Below the pieces are notes generated by a model. The model worked only from the letters and a program-made list of their open reading frames with translations. It searched no databases and was not told where the DNA came from. Source: a bacterium (GTDB taxonomy: Bacteria > UBA8248). From it: 64,000 bases of DNA. The stretch spans positions 2,368,001 to 2,432,000 of the forward strand of contig CBDBEV010000001.1 of assembly GCA_965204535.1 (NCBI GenBank). The letters run 5' to 3'. This document shows, piece after piece, positions 58,955 through 64,000 of the stretch. Within the stretch, counting starts at the first letter, position 1, and each line of letters starts with the position of its first letter. Made by a program: the position numbers and the translations under genes.

Positions 58955-60715
58955 ATGGACACTTTCGTGCTTCAGGCGATTGCGGCGGAATTGAGCGAGA
59001 ATCTTCTCGGTGCGCGCTTGGAGAGAATCTCTCAGACCGACGCGCATACGATCGTGCTTTTTCTCTCGGGCGCGGGAAGAGAAAAAAGCGCCCTCTTGAT
59101 AAGCACGAACCCCACTCACCCGCGTGTTCACCTGACGGCAGACCCTCCCAAGGGTCTGCCCGAGGCGCCCACGTTTTGCCGCGCGCTCAGAAAGCACCTG
59201 AGCGGCCTTCGCCTCACACGCGCGGCGGCGGGAGAGTGGGAGCGCGTGCTCCAGTTCTCCTTCGAGCGGGGGGGCGGCAGCGGCGACTCCTTCGCACTCA
59301 TGGCGGAGGTGATGGGACGGTGGAGCAATCTCGTTCTCCTGAGCGGCGCGACGGGGGAAATACTGGAAGCCAAGAGATTCGTTTCGCCCGGCCCGCACAC
59401 GCCGCGTCCTCTGGAGAGAGGGGGCCGGTATCAGCTGCCGCCAGAACAGAAAAAGGCCAACCCCGCCGACCTCACCAAAGAGATTCTTCTGGAGATGATT
59501 CATGGGGCGAATCTTGACTCCGCCGATCCGAAGGAGTTCGCGCGGTGGCTGGTACGCTCGGTCGCGGGCGTTAGTCCGGCCCTGGCGCGTGATCTGGCTC
59601 TTTGCTCAAGCACCTATGAGGGTTGGATGGGTGCTGTGGATACGCTGATGAGCGTCATCGAGAGCTACCGGAAAAAAGAATTCGCTCCCGCATGGGTTCT
59701 GGGAGCGGACGGCAACCCCGTTGGCCTGAGTGCGGCGCGAATCGGGGGCAGCAATGCGGCCACATACCGATTGTTCGGCTCCATGAACGAGGCGGCGGAT
59801 GCGTTTTACGGAAGCCTCGTCAATGACGACCGGCTTGATGAGCAGAAAAAGAGAGTCTCGAAGACCCTCCGCCGCGCGGGAGATCGGGTGCGCGCCTCCA
59901 TCGAGGCGGTGCGGAGGGATCTGGCTTCCGCCGAGGAGGCGGACGCGGTGTTGAGGAAAGGCGAGCTTCTACTCGCGCATCTGGACGAGGTGGAGGAGAA
60001 GGCGAGTGCCATTACAGTGGAGGATGGACCTGTCAAAATCACGCTCGACCCCAGGCTCACGCCTTCTGAGAACGCGCAGAAGTATTTTCGCCGTTACAAG
60101 AAGCTCAAGCGCCGCGCCTCGACCGCTCTGGCGCGTCTCCAGGAGATGGAAGAAGAGGAGAGATTCATCGCCACGCTGGCCTTCGACTTGGAATCGGCGG
60201 ATGAGGTCGGAGACGTCTTGAGCGTGGAAGAAGCGCTGGCGCAGACGGGCTATGCCGGGCGTGGGCGAGAGAAAAAGGCAAAAGACGCGCGCCCGAAGGG
60301 CAGGCTAGCCGCGCACGCCATGCCCTACAGGCGGTTCGTCTCCCCTGGGGGCTGGGAGGTGGTCGTCGGCAAGAACGCCATGGGCAACGACGAGATGCTG
60401 AGAAGTGTGGGCCGGGCGAGCGATACGTGGCTTCACGCGCGCGGGGTTCCGGGCAGCCACGTTCTCCTGCGTCGCACGGATGGGCAGCCTGCAAAGCCGG
60501 ATTCGGAAACGCTCGCGCAGGCGGCGGCGTTCGCGGCCTATTTCAGCCGGGGCCGGACGGACTCCAAGCTATCGGTCACCTATCTCCCGTTTTCGCGCCT
60601 GAGAAAACCCAAGGGGCGGCGTCCCGGGCAGGTGCTGATCGGCGCGCACGAGACGATCCTCGTCGACCCGGATATGGGGCGTCGCCTGTGCGAAGAATGG
60701 GAGGAGATCGGCTGA
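58955..60715 (+). CDS. NFACT family ribosome quality-control protein (RqcH/FbpA-like)
   Basis: MD start, LRKHL.G, ERVL, EVMGRWSN, ENAQKYF, GKNA..ND, WLHA..PGSHV. Confidence 0.92.
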   Translation: MDTFVLQAIAAELSENLLGARLERISQTDAHTIVLFLSGAGREKSALLISTNPTHPRVHLTADPPKGLPEAPTFCRALRKHLSGLRLTRAAAGEWERVLQFSFERGGGSGDSFALMAEVMGRWSNLVLLSGATGEILEAKRFVSPGPHTPRPLERGGRYQLPPEQKKANPADLTKEILLEMIHGANLDSADPKEFARWLVRSVAGVSPALARDLALCSSTYEGWMGAVDTLMSVIESYRKKEFAPAWVLGADGNPVGLSAARIGGSNAATYRLFGSMNEAADAFYGSLVNDDRLDEQKKRVSKTLRRAGDRVRASIEAVRRDLASAEEADAVLRKGELLLAHLDEVEEKASAITVEDGPVKITLDPRLTPSENAQKYFRRYKKLKRRASTALARLQEMEEEERFIATLAFDLESADEVGDVLSVEEALAQTGYAGRGREKKAKDARPKGRLAAHAMPYRRFVSPGGWEVVVGKNAMGNDEMLRSVGRASDTWLHARGVPGSHVLLRRTDGQPAKPDSETLAQAAAFAAYFSRGRTDSKLSVTYLPFSRLRKPKGRRPGQVLIGAHETILVDPDMGRRLCEEWEEIG

Positions 60716-60743
60716 GGAAGGTTATCGAATGTTTTTCTGGCCT

Positions 60744-60851
60744 GTAGGGGTGGTTCACGAGCCGCCCCTACGCAGGGCACAATGTCTTAGATGTAGGGCA
60801 ACCCCCCTGTGCTTGTCCCTTGTCAGGACAGCCACGGGGGCCTGTCCCTAC
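60744..60851. repeat. GTAG-family REP cluster
   Basis: GTAGGGGTGGTTCACGAGCCGCCCCTAC and GTAGGGCAACCCCC...GGGGGCCTGTCCCTAC. Confidence 0.7.
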
Positions 60852-61267
60852 GCCCCCTCCAGAATCCTCTTCAGATTCGCCAACTCGCGTATGTTCCTGA
60901 GCGTGCCATCGCGGTGTTTGGCTTGGTTCTCGTATTCATCGCACTCCACCGTGTGGAGCACGTGCGTGTAGGGGCCTTCTTCCTCGAAGTAGTAGCTGAT
61001 GATCATGACGGGTGTTTTTGAGTCTTCCTCGAAGTTGTGCCAGACGATCTGTTTATACGGCTTCCATACCATCATCTCCGAGATGTGCTCGGCCCCGTTC
61101 GTGTAGACTTGGTAGAATCGGGTGCCCACCCCGCTCTTTTTTTCGGAAATGATTTTCACGCTCTGGCTGAAATCCGCGATTTGCGGATGCGTTTCCACGT
61201 GGCCGATGAAGTTGAACACCTCTTGGGCCTGTGCGCGTATTTTTTCGATGACAGCCACGGGAGGCAT
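60848..61267 (-). CDS. SRPBCC/START domain protein
   Basis: I.A..QEVFNFI...GVGTRF pattern; 139 aa. Confidence 0.75.
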   Translation of the reverse strand: MPPVAVIEKIRAQAQEVFNFIGHVETHPQIADFSQSVKIISEKKSGVGTRFYQVYTNGAEHISEMMVWKPYKQIVWHNFEEDSKTPVMIISYYFEEEGPYTHVLHTVECDEYENQAKHRDGTLRNIRELANLKRILEGA

Positions 61268-61279
61268 GAGTGTTCTCCT

Positions 61280-62443
61280 CTATAGAAATTTCGCCAGGAC
61301 CTGATTGGCCAGAAGGGTTCCCTTATCCGATAGACGAAGCCGGCCGTTCGCCCTCGCTATGAGACCTGCGTTTTCCAGTTCGCAGAACAGTTCCCCGAAA
61401 GACTCTTCGGGGTCTGCGCCGTATTCTCGCTTAATGTGCGCGAGTGAGACGCCCTCTTTCACTCGCAGGCCGAGCATCAGAGCCTCACCGATTGCTTTTT
61501 GCGGCTCATCCACGTGTTCGGAACCTGCGGTGGGGTCGCTTGCGCTGCGCGCATATACGTCGGGTCTGGCATGGTTCCAGAAGCGTTCCCCCTCGATGAG
61601 GGAATGTGCGCCTGCGCCCAGGCCCAGGTAATCCCCCCGCCGCCAGTAGTTGAGGTTGTGCCTGCACGCGAAACCGGGCCTTGCGAAATTGCTGATCTCG
61701 TAACGCTCGTAGCCGGCCTCGGCGAGAGCCGCATCCCTGAGCTCCCACATGCGAAGCGCCGTCTCCTCATCGGGTAGGCCGTTCAATTCTCCCCGCGCCC
61801 GGCGTGCGTGAAACGCCGTGCCCGGCTCGATGGTCAGCTCATAGGCGGAGAGATGCTCCGGCCCCAGATCGAGGGCGCGCTCGATGTCGCGCCTGGCCAT
61901 GTCTATCGTCTGATACGGAATACCGAACATGAGATCGAGCGAGACGTTGGCGAAACCCGCCTCGCGCGCGGAGCGAAACGCTTCTTGCGCGTCACCCCCT
62001 GTGTGCACGCGGTCGAGCCTTTTCAGCGCCGCATCGTCGAACGTCTGCACGCCGATGCTGATCCGGTTGACACCCGCCTCGCGCAGCGCGCCGAAGCGCT
62101 CGGCCTCCGCCGCCCCGGGGTTCGCCTCCAAGGTGATCTCGCAATCTGAATCTAAATCGAACGTCGCGGTAACGAGGCCCAGAATCCGCCTTGTTTCTTC
62201 CGCCGGGAACAGCGAGGGCGTGCCCCCGCCGAAAAATATCGTGTCGACCTGCCGGTCTTTCAGCGGGAACTGCGCTGCCCTGGTTTCGATTTCCTCGGTC
62301 AGCGCATCGGCGTAGCGGCGCGCCCAGCCCCCGGTGGCATGGCCTTTTTCCAGGAGGGTATCCAGGGCGTAGGAGTTGAAATCGCAATAGCCGCACTTGG
62401 CGATGCAGAAGGGAATATGGACGTAGAGCGATAGCGGTTTCAT
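61280..62443 (-). CDS. hemW: Radical SAM heme chaperone HemW
   Basis: LYVHIPFC..KC.YCDF, FGGGTPS, EANP, YEISNF, HNLNYW, GLGAGAH. Confidence 0.93.
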   Translation of the reverse strand: MKPLSLYVHIPFCIAKCGYCDFNSYALDTLLEKGHATGGWARRYADALTEEIETRAAQFPLKDRQVDTIFFGGGTPSLFPAEETRRILGLVTATFDLDSDCEITLEANPGAAEAERFGALREAGVNRISIGVQTFDDAALKRLDRVHTGGDAQEAFRSAREAGFANVSLDLMFGIPYQTIDMARRDIERALDLGPEHLSAYELTIEPGTAFHARRARGELNGLPDEETALRMWELRDAALAEAGYERYEISNFARPGFACRHNLNYWRRGDYLGLGAGAHSLIEGERFWNHARPDVYARSASDPTAGSEHVDEPQKAIGEALMLGLRVKEGVSLAHIKREYGADPEESFGELFCELENAGLIARANGRLRLSDKGTLLANQVLAKFL

Positions 62444-62537
62444 GGCGCGATATTTTCCCGGTAAATTATAAGCCCCAAATTCTTTGTTGATATGATACCC
62501 TTCCTTTCCATCATTTGGGAGATCAGGAGGAGCAGGG

Positions 62538-64000
62538 GTGGTCGTTCACACGCTGTCCACCGAAGAGAGGCTGCGCGTCATCCAGCGGGTGGGGCACGTG
62601 CTCAACTCGAGCCTGGACATGGAAGTCGTCCTGAGCCGCGTGGCGCACGAGGCGAAGGCGATATTCCCGCTGGATCATTTCGTGCTCTATCTCGTGAACC
62701 CCGACAAGAAGACCTACACCATGCGGGCGCTCGTATCGAGCGACGAAATACTCGAAGCCCCCCATGAAGACATCCCGCTCGAAGGCGGCACGCTGGGCTG
62801 GCTCATCGAGCACCGCGAAGCGCCGTATGTGATTTACAAGGATTTGGACTTGGAGCGTCCCTTCGCGGAGGATGAAGATGTTTTCCGGCGCGGGATGAGA
62901 AGCGGGATCCGCGCGCCGCTCGTCATCGGCGATGACGTTTTCGGCGAGGTCGCTGTGGCCAGCACCATGCCCGATCAGTTCACCGAGGAGATGGCGGAGT
63001 TTCTCTGCGAACTCACGCCGGCCATCGCCACGGCGGTGGCGAACGCGCGGACATACGCCGAACTCGAGGACATCAAGGACGGCTTTCACCAGGAGACGCT
63101 TCATCTGCGGGATCAGATCAAGGAGATTCACAACCCGGACGAACTCACAGGTTCGAGTCCGGCGGTGGAGGACATCAGGGAACTGATCGCCCGCGTGGCG
63201 CCCACCGAAGCCACGGTGCTCGTCCTGGGCGAGACGGGAACGGGCAAAGAGCTGGTCGCGCGCGGCATCCACCACCTGAGCGATCGCAGAGACCGCGTTC
63301 TGGTGAAGGTGAACTGCGCGGCGCTGCAGGAGACGCTTTTGCTGAGCGAATTGTTCGGCCACGAGAAGGGCGCGTTCACTGGCGCGGTGGGCAGAAAACC
63401 GGGCCGATTCGAGATTGCGGACAGGGGCACGATTTTTCTCGACGAGATCGGGGAGATATCTCCCGAGGCGCAGGTGAAGATTCTGAGAGTCATGCAGGAG
63501 AGGGAATTCGAGAGAGTCGGCGGCACCGAGACGATCCGGGTGGACGTGCGGATCATCGCCGCCACGAACCGGAATCTGGAGGAAGAGGTTCGCCTGGGCC
63601 GGTTCCGCGACGATCTCTACTTCCGCCTGAACGTCATCCCCATCGAAACGCCTCCGCTCAGGGAGCGCAAGGAGGACATTCCGGAACTGGTCGATTATTT
63701 TGTAAGTAAGCATGGCCCCCGCATGAACCGGCGCATCGAATCCGTTGACCCTCGGGCGCTGGATCGGCTCATGCGGTACGACTGGCCCGGCAACATCCGT
63801 GAACTCGAGAACGTGGTGGAGCGCGGGCTCGTCCTGGGGCGCGGTCGGGTTCTCCGGTTCGACAGGCAGCTTCTGGGTGAGGCGCCGCCGTCGGCGAGAG
63901 AGAGTGAGTTCACCTCGCTCGAGGAATACGAAAGACGCTATATCCTGCGGGTGCTCGAGCATGCGGGAGGCCGCGTATCCGGAGAGCGGGGCGCCGCCCG
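62538..64000 (+). CDS. GAF-domain sigma-54 enhancer-binding protein (FhlA/NifA-like), runs off the window
   Basis: GTG start after AGGAGG. GAF-like N-terminus, GETGTGKE, ELFGHEKGAFTGA, FLDEIGE, WPGNIREL. Absent from the ORF track because it has no stop inside the window. Confidence 0.92.
   Translation, partial: MVVHTLSTEERLRVIQRVGHVLNSSLDMEVVLSRVAHEAKAIFPLDHFVLYLVNPDKKTYTMRALVSSDEILEAPHEDIPLEGGTLGWLIEHREAPYVIYKDLDLERPFAEDEDVFRRGMRSGIRAPLVIGDDVFGEVAVASTMPDQFTEEMAEFLCELTPAIATAVANARTYAELEDIKDGFHQETLHLRDQIKEIHNPDELTGSSPAVEDIRELIARVAPTEATVLVLGETGTGKELVARGIHHLSDRRDRVLVKVNCAALQETLLLSELFGHEKGAFTGAVGRKPGRFEIADRGTIFLDEIGEISPEAQVKILRVMQEREFERVGGTETIRVDVRIIAATNRNLEEEVRLGRFRDDLYFRLNVIPIETPPLRERKEDIPELVDYFVSKHGPRMNRRIESVDPRALDRLMRYDWPGNIRELENVVERGLVLGRGRVLRFDRQLLGEAPPSARESEFTSLEEYERRYILRVLEHAGGRVSGERGAA

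Overview
GC-rich bacterial window, probably from a sponge-associated symbiont (inferred from the sup-type PKS cluster and the Calx-beta/cadherin-like adhesin). It has four parts. (1) About 1-11 kb is a lower-GC defence island. An MmeI-like type IIL restriction-modification gene has its 3' end repeated twice downstream, each copy heading a different HEPN-like gene, and an Mrr-type nuclease lies nearby. (2) About 11-19 kb is a decayed plasmid/ICE leading region: RHH protein, IS1182 with a 16-bp target duplication, DUF2493, DUF4326, ssb and an Frpo-like single-strand promoter. (3) About 19-32 kb holds two copies of a module that looks like a natural Cre/lox-type phase-variation switch. In each, a ~174-bp promoter segment sits between inverted 34-bp (13-8-13) lox-like sites, followed by a terminator, a Cre-like recombinase and a Xis-like regulator. 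One copy is ON in front of an autotransporter adhesin and the other is OFF in front of a TbpB-like lipoprotein. The two switches share arms but have different 6-bp cores (TTGCCA vs TTGATG). (4) About 32-51.5 kb has two HxG-type Fe/2OG enzymes (halogenase signature) and a Rieske oxygenase converging on a sup PKS cluster. Core genes follow (rarA, pyrF, udg, coaBC, gmk, yicC, NFACT, hemW, sigma-54 activator). No CRISPR, rRNA or tRNA was seen. All family calls come from motif recognition by eye; no searches were run.
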